Positions 11,679 through 23,519 of a stretch of DNA of 64,000 nucleotides are shown here, one piece after another (positions within the stretch are counted from its first letter, which is position 1; each line of letters opens with the position of its first letter). The stretch is from assembly GCA_004022145.1 (NCBI GenBank), contig RCNU01000008.1; one strand, given 5' to 3'. Source of the stretch: Paecilomyces variotii (Eukaryota). A program made the translations under genes and the position numbers. The notes beneath the pieces are model-generated. The model was given only the letters and a program-made list of their open reading frames with translations, searched no databases and had not been told where the DNA came from.

Positions 11679-13827
11679 ATGACAAACTTCGAGAAGTCAG
11701 TCAAAGGGGCTACCAAGATCAAGGTCAGTCAATGCGCAGTATCAATATTTCGATCCGCCTTGCCCGACGGGCTCCGCTAACCTCGTTACTGCGGACAGCT
11801 TGCGGCCCCGAAATCAAAATATATTGAGCACATCCTTATTGCGACCCATGGCGGCGAAGCGGGTGTCGCGGAGATATTCCGTACCCTTCAGTTTCGGTTT
11901 CAGGATTCAACATGGACAATCGTATTCAAGGCGCTTATTGTCGTGCATCTTATGATTCGGGAAGGCGAACTGGATGCCACTCTGCAATACCTGGCGGAAT
12001 TCCCCAACAAGCTCGCCATCAGCACCTACTCAGAGGGTTAGTATCTGGAGCTGCCCAATATAGACATCATCATATGAAAAGAGTGACATTTCTGGATCTG
12101 CGCATGCTGATGGTACTTGCTAGTACAATCCCAGGGACACAATATCCGGAGGTATTCAGAGTACCTTATCGCGCGGGCCAGAGCATTTGCCGACACGAAA
12201 GTCGATCATGTCCGCAGCGGACCGGGTCGACTGAAAAGGTTGACGGTTGAAAAGGGTCTACTCAGGGAGACGGAGATTGTACAGAAGCAGATACGCGCCT
12301 TATTACGATGTGATGTGTGTGATTCGTTTTACTATAACTTTCTATATCGGCTGACGGGAACCTCAGCTCCTCACAGACGAGGTTGAAAACGAGATTACTC
12401 TGACAGCATTCCGTCTTCTCACCCTCGATCTTCTTGTCTTATACTCCGTAATGAATGAGGGCACTATCAACGTATTAGGTACGTGTCCACCCTTTGTTAT
12501 TGCGGCTCGTGCTGACGAAAACCGAACAGAGCATTATTTCGAGATGTCACGGCCCGATAGCGAACGCGCGCTGCAAATATATAAGACGTTCACTTCGCAG
12601 ACAGAAGAGGTCGTGAAATTCCTCGGCGTGGCGAGACATTTTGAAGCGGCTACCCGATTGGAGATTCCAAAGCTGAAACACGCCTCGACGGATCTAACAC
12701 GACTCCTCGAGGACGATCTCAATGACCCTGACTTTGATCTCCGCCGCAAAGAATATTTAGCTCAGAAAGAGGCCAAGAAGGGTGGCCGTGGTGGTGCTTC
12801 TGCTCCAAGCAAATCGACAGGAAGTACCTCCAGGGCTGGCACTTCCCATTCATCATCTAAGCCGGAACCAGCTGCTCCAAAGCAGGAAAGCAAGGGTCCT
12901 CCTCCGGATCTCATTGACTTTTTCGAGTCCATTGAACAGAACCAGCAGCCAATGGCCCAGTCAGCCCCCATGCAGCAGCCTAACTTCCAACAACCTCAGA
13001 TGCAATTTCAGCAGACTGCGTTCCAGCCACAACCACCAGCGTTCTATCCACAGCAAACGGGCTACGCGCAGCAGCCCCAACAGACTGGATTTGGCCAACC
13101 ACCTACATTTGGGGGGCCGTTTGGACAGCCTAATAATACTAATCCATTTGGACAGCAGCAAGTACCGCAACCACTCCAGCCGACCCCAACTGGTGCAGGG
13201 TTTGGCGGCTACACTCCGCAGCCGCAGTCTTACAGCCTCCAACATACTGGCCTCTCTAGCATTCCTCAGAATGGAATTGCTAGCTTCCCTCAGCAGCAGC
13301 AGCAGCCGCCTCCGCAGCCGCTGCAACCGATGCAGACAGGCAGGAATCCATTCCGCCAATCCTCGTTAGTGGCCTCGCCGACGGGAAATGCTGCTTTTGG
13401 CTCTCAAGCATCTGCAACTTCGCTAAGCCGCCAAAACACCAATCCTTTCGCCAGGCGGATGTCTGTCAATCCCCAACTCAGCGCTGCCAATACCAGCCCG
13501 TTCACATCTCCGCCTCAGTTTCAGCAAAATCAGACGTTGCAGCAGCCGGCGACTCAGCCTTTTCAGCCTCTCCAGCCACAACGGACAGGCACGAATCCTT
13601 TCTCCCGTCCGTCGACTGCTCCCCCACAGCAACAGCCAGGGTTGCAGCCTCCCGCAGCGGCACCTCTTCGTCCGAATCCAACAGGCAGCACAAATCCTTT
13701 CCGACAAAGCACTTTTGTCAATCAGCAGACAGGTCAGGGTTGGCATGTGAGCGGTCAGCAGGGAACGATGGGTGGTCTCGAAAATCTCGATACAGTTCCA
13801 GTATTCCCTCGCCCAGGCTTGACTTAA
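11679..13827 (+). CDS. AP180/CALM-family ANTH clathrin adaptor; exons 11679-11723, 11799-12036, 12124-12314, 12367-12478, 12530-13827
   Basis: MTNFEKSVKGATKIK|LAAPKSKYIEHIL (PIP2-binding ANTH signature), LIDFF clathrin box-like motif, several NPF motifs in a Q/P-rich tail. Confidence 0.93.
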
Positions 13828-15624
13828 TATCCTCAACAGTTCGATGGATGGTCAAGGACACATGTGGTATTTTTGGAAGCGCTAAAAGGATAGGTTAAAT
13901 ATGTTAATACGAACCCTTGTTTTTGCCATTGTGCAAGATTAGCTTGTATTTTTTGTCCATACCGGTGTCATCGCTCTACCCTTCCCACTTCTCTTTTCTC
14001 GTGTTACTTGCCCCGGCCCGCCTTTTTTCTAGATGGGATCTCTTGTGCCGTATCTTCCTGTTTTTCATGTGCTTAGCGACCAGTCTCTCCTGAACAGAGA
14101 TGTCGATGCTGAAAGAAACTTCGTACCATATGAGGTGTACATTATGCAGGCGAAACAGCAACATCTGAATCACTGCGATCTAGAGTTCAAGGCATAATAC
14201 CAGTAAAGGTTGCTTATGGGAGAAGCATTACGCTAAACACATTGAGAGACTAAAGCTCTCTATTTAAGAGCCAGACTTCTGGGATCTAGTCCGCCTTTAT
14301 CCAACTTGAATGCCTCACTATGGACTACAGGATCTAAAGAAGCCATAGCTCGTTATTGCGGCCTCATTTACTCGTATATCAACCTTCAGAAGCCCGGTAA
14401 ACCCGCAAGCATTGGCATATATTGCGCTTATCGCAGGTGGTCTCTGGTAGCAGAGCACATAAGCACGTTAAAATAGACCACTGGTCCGACAGTCTTCGAG
14501 AGAGGATGGAGTGACTCTCAGTATCCCGGAAGTAGAGTGACATGTCTGCTTCAACTGTCGTTGCACAACGCGGATGAATGTCCCCCATTGGCTTGCGGTG
14601 GAAGTTGCGGATCAAGTCACGTCCTCTCCCTCCATCACTGGGACTTCCCGGCACAATTGAAACCAGAAACATCTCATATTATTTGTGAGCAAGCTCGAGT
14701 CAAAACCTTAACGAATGTCCTCGATCAGATGGCGCTAGCGCGGCCATAAGCTGACAAGCATTTTCTGTTGGAAGCGGCCAAGGCCAAGACGAATCGGACA
14801 GTACCTAAGTTAATCAGCCATGCACGAGAATGATGCCATCGCCAGCTACACGTGCGAGTGGCTACAGCGCCCAAGTAAGTCCTGATGAAGAGTAATCGAC
14901 TTTATACCCAGCACCTACAACCTCACGGAAGCTTTCTCCTTTGGCTCCTTGTGTAAGCCACCGAGACCGGCGTGCTGGGAATGGATGACACACGCTTATC
15001 CAATAACCTCATGTGGTTTCAGAAGTGACCAACGAACTAACCAACTAGTTACAGTTAACGAACCACTGCGGGGTAACTTACGAGTTCACCAAAAGGTACG
15101 TTTCAGGGGCATCAATAACTGGAACACATGGAGTTTCTATGCTTGAGATCATGGCCGTTTTGGCGCCTTAGTCGAGTTGCGATAGAGGATTCCTCTGACA
15201 ATCTTGCGCCTTTTCGCATCCACAAAAAGTCTTTGGATAGCTTGCGACAAACGGGTTTCCCCTATCGCTGGGGGTGTGCAGAGGTTCTGGACCCTGTCTG
15301 TTCGTCGCTGTGATCCTTCGGGCTCTGCTCCAGATCGCACGTCTGGAGTCAGCACTAGCCAGTCAGCTCCACGGCTGTAGCCGGAATCAAACCATGCCGG
15401 TTGCAACGCTTCTTGCAATTAGAATGCGTGTCCGATGGGTTGCTGATCAAAAACCGCCCAGATGAACTTTGCCTGATAAGGGCAGTGTGCTGGCCATTCA
15501 CCGTTTTCCTCTTGGAATCGCCCTCATTCTCCCTCAAGTCCACTTCCCCTCTGGTCCAGTTCCAGCAGAAGCGGCATGAATATCTTTGACCGTTAGCAAA
15601 ATACCTGCAATCGCTACCCGTGAG

Positions 15625-17855
15625 ATGGATGCCAAGCAATCCCCCGATGGACCTGCGCCGCAGATTTCAAGCTTCGAGGAGAAACCTCTGCCTCTAATTA
15701 CCAAACCAGCATCATGGTCTTCGCCAAGCGAGGCAAGTAGCACCCCTGAGACGTCGCCCAAGAGCACGAGCAGAGGGGATGCAGGGAAGAATGCAGCTCC
15801 CAAGCATCGCCGGCCACACAAGGCCAGCACCGCGGCCAGCAAGTCGACGCTCTTCTGGGTGCATACCGATCCACAGTCGGCATCGGGCAGCAAGAAAGAA
15901 GAGACGCTGAAGCGTATCCGATCACATGTTATGTCTGAACATAATCGCAAAAAAAGACTCGAAAATGCAAAGCGCTACAAGGGCAAGACGTGGAAAAATT
16001 TAGCCTTCCAGCCAGTGGAGCCTATCATTGCCGGACGATCTTCGACATCTCCAGTAGAACTGAGTCCAGGCACATCGCCAGACAGAGGCAGTATAGCATA
16101 TTCCGACCAGTCAGATGATTCATTGACGACATATTTTCCGATGAGAAATGGTAGCAGTTACACCCCAGCCTTGTCACTGCATGATCTCGCCTATCCTATT
16201 CCACCAACAGATCCATGGACGTATCTCGGGCGAGGATCGAACGATCCGTTCAATGTGATGCAGGTCCCGTTGTCTAGTCGTATGCAATCACATCTTCAAT
16301 TATGTGAGTGAATCCTCGATATCTCATCAATTGGGTAGTTTTGTCGGATGCGGGCATCACTATCCTGTCTCGTTGTTCATTGTCTCTGACTGGAATGTCC
16401 AGTTCTCTGCGATCTAACAAGGCTTGCATATCCATTAATGAGGCAAACAAATTCCAGGCTGCAGAGTCATTGGGCTTCACTAGTGCAGAAGGACCCAGCT
16501 CCTTTACATGCAACTATATGTGTTGCCGCATCCAACTGCGCTGTAAGGTCTGGAGAATTCCCTCTCTTGGATCCTACCAAGTCTTATTCAAGTACCTATG
16601 TGTTTGATGCATTCCACCATAGAGGTGAAACCATCAAGCTCGTCAATTCCGGATTATCAAATCCAGCGAAAGCATCTAGCGATGCCTTAATCGCGGCAGT
16701 TTCTATTCTTATATCGATAGAGGTACGTACAACACACTGTGGTCTCTTGGTCGAAGATTTGATGTCTGTATCATGTATGCGTCATTAGAAATCTGATATT
16801 TCCTTGAAGGGGGATATATATCCGTGCAGACCTCACGGTCAGCCGGGAGAATGTTGAAATTTCCTCTTTGAGTCACCAGACACTGTTATCTCGTCCACCA
16901 GATATCTCGGATTTGTCTTGTTGCTGACAATGACATTCACAGATTGCGTCCGGCAACCCCGAAGACTTAAAAATACATCTCGCAGGTTTGCGGCAGATGG
17001 TGTCTCTCAGAAGTAACTTTGCGGATGTTGCGCCAGATGTTCGCTTCCAGATATCATGGTTTGTCTCGCATTGGGTTTGGTAGACGTCTGGGTGCTGATG
17101 ATTTTCGCAGGACGGACATCCGAGTAGCTTGCATGGCTCTTACGAGACCTATCTTCCCCTTCATCCGCTATTCTCGTCCCCCGCAAATACCGGACCTCGG
17201 ACCTTATGGCGGTTCTTTCCCCATTGCCTCCCGATTACTTTCTTTCGCTCAAATCCCCGGTTTCTTTAGTACCTCTATGATATCAACTATATATGATTTA
17301 CTCGATCTCACGCAGTACGCCGAATGTGTGAAGGGAGTCAGCGGCTATCCGCAAGGTTTTATCACCGAAGAAGTGGAAGACTACTTCAACAATGAGGTGC
17401 TTTATGTCGAATATTCCATCCATAGAGATCGGTTCACAGAACTTGGGATTCCGAAAGGAGACCATACAGTGGAAGGCTGTGTACGTCTCGCATGTCTGAT
17501 TTTCCACAACACATCGATCTGGGGCTTTTATCCGCAGATGGCGGCTGTTTTCCCTAAACCGATTTCTGCACTCAAAAACGCTCTTGAGATCACTATATTC
17601 GCTGGTTACTATGAGCTCTGCAGAGATCTTCTGATCTGGCTCCTGTTCATTGGTGCCAGCAGTACACAGTATTACCACCAGCGCGAGAGATCATTCTTTG
17701 TAAGAGAGCTGGCGACTGCCGTGAACCTCCACGGATTGGAAAGCTGGCAAGAATTGCGAGCATTATTAAGCCAATTCTTCTATATTGACCGCTGTTACCT
17801 GCAATCGTGTCGTGATTTGTGGGATGAGGTCCAGGGTGTCCTACTCAGGCAGTAG
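15625..17855 (+). CDS. Fungal-specific transcription-factor-domain protein without a Zn2Cys6 cluster; exons ~15625-16303, 16403-16722, 16943-17058, 17111-17855
   Basis: IRSHVM motif, GRGSNDPF, HHRGETIKLVN, HLAGLRQMV, CVRLACLIF and LLIWLLFIGA segments typical of Fungal_trans_2-like proteins; introns give a continuous frame. Confidence 0.8.
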
Positions 17856-19242
17856 TGCGCCATGATACACCCTCAGTTTTTGTCTTAGTATGCGAAAATA
17901 TTTCTGAATGGAGCCGTGGCGCTCTTGACGAATATACTCATGTGGAGATGTATGTACATGGCTAATGAGTTATGAAGGAATTGGGAGGGTCATCGGGACA
18001 TCCGGGGGTTTGTTATTATAACGTTGTCTTAATAATAACTAAGTTACATGATGTCTAGTTAATAAAATCTATGCTATGATGACTATGGTCTTTATTATTT
18101 TACTCTTGCTTTGCCTGGGTACGATCACGCCCATTCCGTAGCGTACATAATAGCCCACTTGATGGGCTAAGTCGACTGCAGGCAAAGAGACTAGATCATG
18201 CTAAACATATAGATGCGCTTGGACCTTCTCCCCTCGAAGTCCTTTTACGTGTTTCTCCGGATTGTAAAATTACATACTACTCACGGTACTCCGCAGTGCG
18301 CACGGAGAACCTCGTGGATGTTTTGCCCGCATATCTCGTGCCTCAGGAACGCCCCGCTGTTCTCCGCACTGACTATAGGAAAATTGTAGATACTACTCTC
18401 TACTCTCAGCTATGAAATTTGAGATTCTTTCGTAATAATTCTCTACGCAGCCCAGGTTGTGTGGTGTTCGTGCTATCCGAATCCCCGAGGTAGCGGGTTC
18501 TTACTGTATATAGATATACATACCTACCGAGTTAACGTACTAACTCTATACGTACAGCTACAAAACGCGGACATGGACGGAGTCGAGTACAGACAATTAC
18601 CGCGGGAAAAGAGAAGATCTCCTTCTTTCTCCTCTTTTCTTTCATCGTGTGCGATTCTCAACCAGGCTGATCCATGCAAAGCCACGCATTCAGGTCGTAC
18701 AAAGAACTATAATTATAGTAACCGACTGGAACGGAGAAATAATGAAGAGAAAATAAAAGGAGGGGTAATATGTTAATTGTTATTATTATTAAACGAACAC
18801 ACAGCCAAGACCTATTTTGTTTCAGCTGGTCTGCTAGTTGTTCTGATTTTCTTCTCTTCAAAGGGGCAGACATAGCACTTCCTTATCTGGAAAGAGTAAA
18901 TCGCCGCGATTGTCCCGAAGCAGAACTACTCACCGCGTGCAGAGAAACCCAAGTTGCCTGCGACACATATCAACTAATAACAATTATTAGAAGAAGAATA
19001 CTCAGGAAGAAGATGTATGGGAAATCTTCATTGGATGTTATTGCATCGACGGAGAAAAGCGGGACTTGGTTGCAGGTAAAAAAGAACAAGAGAGCAAGCC
19101 TGAACTTTGAAGGTGGTACGAGAGGTGGCTGGGCATCCGAGGACATCTTTCTTTTTCTCGTTTCTCCATCTCTCTCTCACCTCAACTTCAGCTTTTGATT
19201 CCCTCTTGAGCTGATTCTTCATCACTATTCATCTCTGCTGAT

Positions 19243-20220
19243 CCTCTTTTTAATTCTTATGATTTTTCTTTTCATCTGAGGCTGCGACAATAATAATAGG
19301 TTCTCTTATTCCCTACAGCAGCTTGACAGTCGGTCCCACAGCCAAGCCAAAAGCAACTCTGTCACCACTCCGAGTTTCCTCCGTTGGTCCTCTCGGCCCA
19401 AAAACCCTCTTTGATCTGTTCTTTAGGCGTTACCTTCAGCGATCTGAGCGCTGGTATGGGCGCTTAAGACGCCTAAAACGCCTACGGAAACCCCTCGGCT
19501 CCCCTTAAACTTCGGCTGGCAAGATCTGCTGGAACCCCCGATCAGCGCCCGAGCGACCCCCGAGCGTGCCTGAGAGGCTTCAGCCTGTCAGCGTTCGGGC
19601 CACTCGGCCGGGTGGATGGATCGAGTACCTGTCGGGGAAAATTCGGGGGAGTTGGGCGCGATCGGGGCGATCCAGAATATAGTTAAGAGGATGGGCATGG
19701 GACGAAGGGCGTCATAGCTTCTTGCTGATTGATTCTCTTGCGTCTTTTTTCAACTGTCCTTCTCCCTGATTCTTTTACTTTCAACCTTTTTGTTGCCGTT
19801 TTGTAACTGCTTTTTATCTGTCACTGTCCTACATCTCACGCATGATGACCTCCCTTTCCCGGACGGGTTTGTACTCCCGCAATCGGTCTTAACTCATATA
19901 TACCTCGTTACTTGCGCTCCTGCCGATCTTCGCGGATTTGTTCCTGGACTCTGTTCTATTGTTTCAGGGGATGGTATGGACAATCGAATGCGCACCTCGT
20001 TCGGATGCGTGTTGAACCATACAATATGTCCCTCCTGCGCATTCAACGCTTCTATTCCCGGCTGGGCATCGCATGCCGTGGGCGGAACGGCAAGCCGAAA
20101 CCGACTCATCGGACCGACCGTACGCTCCATGATCCTTGAATAAGGGTCTACTACGACAAACGCTGAGACAGCAAAGCGCCAGAAGTGACTTGGCATTGAA
20201 ATTGTCTGATTAAAAAGAGG
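19243..20220 (+). ncRNA. Candidate long structured non-coding RNA of unknown class
   Basis: More than a dozen nested or adjacent helices (e.g. 19536-19543/19660-19667, 19545-19552/19652-19659, 19422-19430/19469-19477, 19333-19338/19698-19703, 19243-19254/20209-20220); wobbles are G-U on the plus strand; no credible ORF. Confidence 0.5.
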
Positions 20221-20655
20221 CCGGCTATTGCGTGGCTAGAAGAAAGATATACAAGGTACATATGAAATGTCTTTTCCACCCCTGCTAGAGTCCATCTGAC
20301 TGCCTTCTTCCCCGAGAGGAGCCCTCACACCGTTCTAGGGTGGTCGAACTCGAATCGGAGAATGTTCAGAGGAACGAGCTCAAACTAATTCAGCAACCAC
20401 TTATTGACGATCTTTGTCTTTGCAGATTCCACGAGCGCTCCGGAGCCAAACCTGATGAGGTTGATTCAACTAAACGAGAATATATACTTGAGTGCGCGCC
20501 GGCGAAACACGTCGGCAAACTACAATGCAAGACCGCAAATTATGGGTATCTGAAAAATCATCACGGGGCGACGCGCATGACAGCCGCCAACCCCTATATC
20601 ATCCGGATGACTCAACACTTGAGACGCATCCTTCGACTCTGGGATATGCAGAGCT

Positions 20656-21684
20656 TTATGCGACCTCGCGGTCGGTCTTCTGTCTTCTCTCACGGCCAGT
20701 GGCGGACCACGGGAAGTGGGCCACTGGAATGATGAAGAAGCTGTTGCTGGTATCGGCAATACCGGCCAGGGCGTTGTACCAGGCGGTGAAAGCAGCCAGG
20801 AGACCGAAGAATCCACCAGCCTTGATAACGGGAGGGTTAGGCAGACCCTGGTCGTTGCGCTGGATGTATCCAATTCCGAGCAGCAGGAAGCAAAGGTCCA
20901 GAGTCAGGAAGAGCGTGAAGAAGGCAACAGTGGACTTCAAGGTGCAAATCAACAGGATGAAAGTGAAGATGAACCAGCCCTAATGGGTGAAGTGTTAGCA
21001 TCGGCAAGTGCACCCGCAGTTCGAACGAGACATACCATCAGAAAGAGACCCATGGAGTTATAGAACATGGTCTCGTCGGAGGCCCCAGAGCTTGTGGTTA
21101 CGGTCAAGGACTTCGCGATTTGGAAACCACCAGGAGTGAGAACAATGGCGAACGAGAGCCAGAAACCACCATACGAAGACAGCGCGGTGGCACCAAAAGT
21201 GTTTCCAACAGCCATTTCCCTGTTGCGCGTTAGCGAGAAGGTCTGGAAGATTATGTGGAGACACGCCAAATACATACCACATGCCCGCAAGCAACTGAAC
21301 GAGACCACCATATGCAAAAGCCAAAGCTATGACGATGTTGGGCTGCGTGATGTCACGGGCGCCCATGTTGATACAGCTCAGCACGAAAGTAGTCAAGGCG
21401 AAAGCGCTCAGGCCGAGAGGGGCAGGGTTGGCAAACTTGCGGCGTTCGACCGAGCGGTAGAGACCAGGCTGGAATTCACCTCCGAAGGGAGGGAGCTGTG
21501 CCTCTGTGGTGTTTACGCGAGCAAGAGGTCCATATCCGAAGCGCGCAGCGGCTCGGGCGACCTCATGTTCCTCACGGGACATTTGGTGAGTAGCACCGTT
21601 GCCGTTGAATCCGTTGGAGGTGTCGGTCGCGGCGTCGCCTTGACCAACGTCCTTCTCGGGCGATCTGGGGATCTCAGAAGACAT
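20656..21684 (-). CDS. acpA: Gpr1/Fun34/YaaH (AceTr) acetate transporter, AcpA-like; exons 21684-21278, 21219-21036, 20979-20656
   Basis: PFGGEFQPG and [12 protein letters not shown] signatures, [20 protein letters not shown]; two GT-AG introns. Confidence 0.93.
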
Positions 21685-21859
21685 TGTGGCGAGTTATATC
21701 TCTAATGGTTCTGAGTCAGATATCGTCACACAGGTGCTACTGGTCCAGCAGAGGGGCTCTTTCGAAGAACGTTTGAAAGAACGACAGGAAAATGAAAAAG
21801 AAAGAAATCTTTGATAAACGAGGGATCGCGCCACGAATGGTGCTCAAAATGCCAATGAT

Positions 21860-22494
21860 CCGGAGACTCCGAAACAGCAGCGATGGCTGAGAATAAATCG
21901 ACCAGGGCCAAAGGGGCTATTGAGAGGCTTGACAGCGCGACAAGGAGGCCGACTTACCAGATGGGACCCTTTACCGTTTCGTTGTGCTGTGGAGCGGGCG
22001 GAAATTTGGCCTCACTGGGGGTTACGCGCTGTGATGGCTCGGGCGATGGAAGAAACACAAGAAGAGACTCCCTCAGGAAAGCGGCACAGTTGACGAGGAT
22101 GTTCTTGAACCAAATATAAGTTGCCCACCTTGGACAAAGTGCCCCCCCAGTGGTGAACTAGGTAAGCCCTTCGCGGGGAAGACACAATCACTGGAATGGA
22201 GCCGGCTCAACCGTTCTGATGAATAATGATTCGATGGCCGAGGGGAAGAAGCCCTTGAGGACCAACGAGAGCTACCACGCTCTGGCCAGCGGGGGCTGGA
22301 GCGACGGAGACTGGTTAGGATGAAAGGAAGTTTACCCAAGACCCCGGGGAATGGTGGAGATGTTGACCGTATGGAGTTTGGGGTGGGATATCTGGGGAAA
22401 GACGGAAATGGCTAGGGGAGACGGAACGACGTTGTTCGATGAACCTAGAGCAACCGTCTGGACGAGTAAGAGAAATGATTTGCAGCGTCCGGAG
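21860..22494. promoter_or_regulatory. Cluster of CreA-type SYGGRG sites upstream of acpA
   Basis: SYGGRG at about 21860, 21989, 22016, 22145 (rev), 22173, 22289, 22296, 22342/22344, 22354, 22392 and 22489. Confidence 0.5.
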
Positions 22495-23501
22495 ATATTC
22501 GCTGTCTTGGTTGATGGAAATTCCAGTCACCCTGGCGAGCAAATTAGTGCTGGTTTTGTCAACCGGGTTGATATGCCACTCGGTGGCGTTTCGGTCCAAC
22601 TCTGTTGCTTACGAGACGCCAATCGCGCCCACTTGGCTGGGTCTTAGCAGGTGACGCTTGAACCCCATGCTAGAGCTTACTCGGATTCCTGGAAGCTGCT
22701 GTAGACTAAGTCTACGATCAGGGAAGAAAGCAAGCACCTGCTGATCCTGGCTCCTTACAGTAGTCGGGTTTGGGTTTTTGGGTGTCGAGCTACAGATCAG
22801 TACCTCGAAGGTACGTGGCTCCCGTCTGCCGCTGCAGGAGATGATCGGTATTCCTTCATGCCGTTCTGCAACTTAACTACGCACAGGCCTGGAGCCGTGT
22901 TAGTTTGGAGGTCTCACCGGGCCCGGGGCCATCTAAAGCGGGCGGCCGCATTGTAAGCATTATTATCACCCTACGGAGTACGGAGTACTTTGCTCCCTTC
23001 TCTCCCCCAGGAGCCGTGTAGCCTCGTCTGCATTTACCGAGCAGGAATCTCCGCAAGCGTTCTTCTTTGTAAGACGTGTGGACACCAACTCATCGTGACG
23101 AAAGGTACGGAGTACTGAACGTCACATGGTGGGAACTGAAGGCGATCAGCCGGAATGAGTGCAAAAGGCACATTGGTAATCGCGCGCCGTCTGATCAGGA
23201 GCTATTCCCCTTCAAGTTCGTGTCTGCGTAGTCCGGTTGTCGACCATTATTGGATCGTGGACCCTAAAAGGCATCCCCAGATCGCACTTAGTTTCGGTAA
23301 GCGAGAATACCTGGTTATTCTGGTATGGGCTTCTTTTTTTGCCTTTGCCCATGATATCCATTTGATTTTCTTTTGCCCCTGGTTCCAGATTGATACGAAT
23401 AGCGTCGCCTTGGCCAGGCAAAGGAGACTGCCGCGCACAAATTCTGTGGGGAAAGCGTCTTGGCTCCCCCTATTCGAATAACGCAACACCGTTGTTGTGC
23501 A

Positions 23502-23519
23502 TAATAATAATAATAATAA
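23502..23519. repeat. (ATA)6 microsatellite
   Basis: ataataataataataata read directly. Confidence 0.8.

Noticed and set aside
14882-14906. CTGATGA followed by a short stem (hammerhead-like)
   Set aside because: No GAAA after stem II.
19631-19650. GGGGAAAATTCGG resembling RNase P CR-I
   Set aside because: No downstream CR-V partner found; the segment pairs within the local arm instead.
19566-19650. GTGCCTGAGA resembling a TPP riboswitch or hammerhead core
   Set aside because: The TGATC...TAAT...GCG half of the TPP aptamer and the CUGAnGA/GAAA hammerhead core are absent.
19259-20561. 10-bp complement ATGATTTTTC/GAAAAATCAT resembling a telomerase pseudoknot stem
   Set aside because: A 10-mer AT-rich match is expected by chance over 2 kb, and the second half lies in the acpA 3' UTR.
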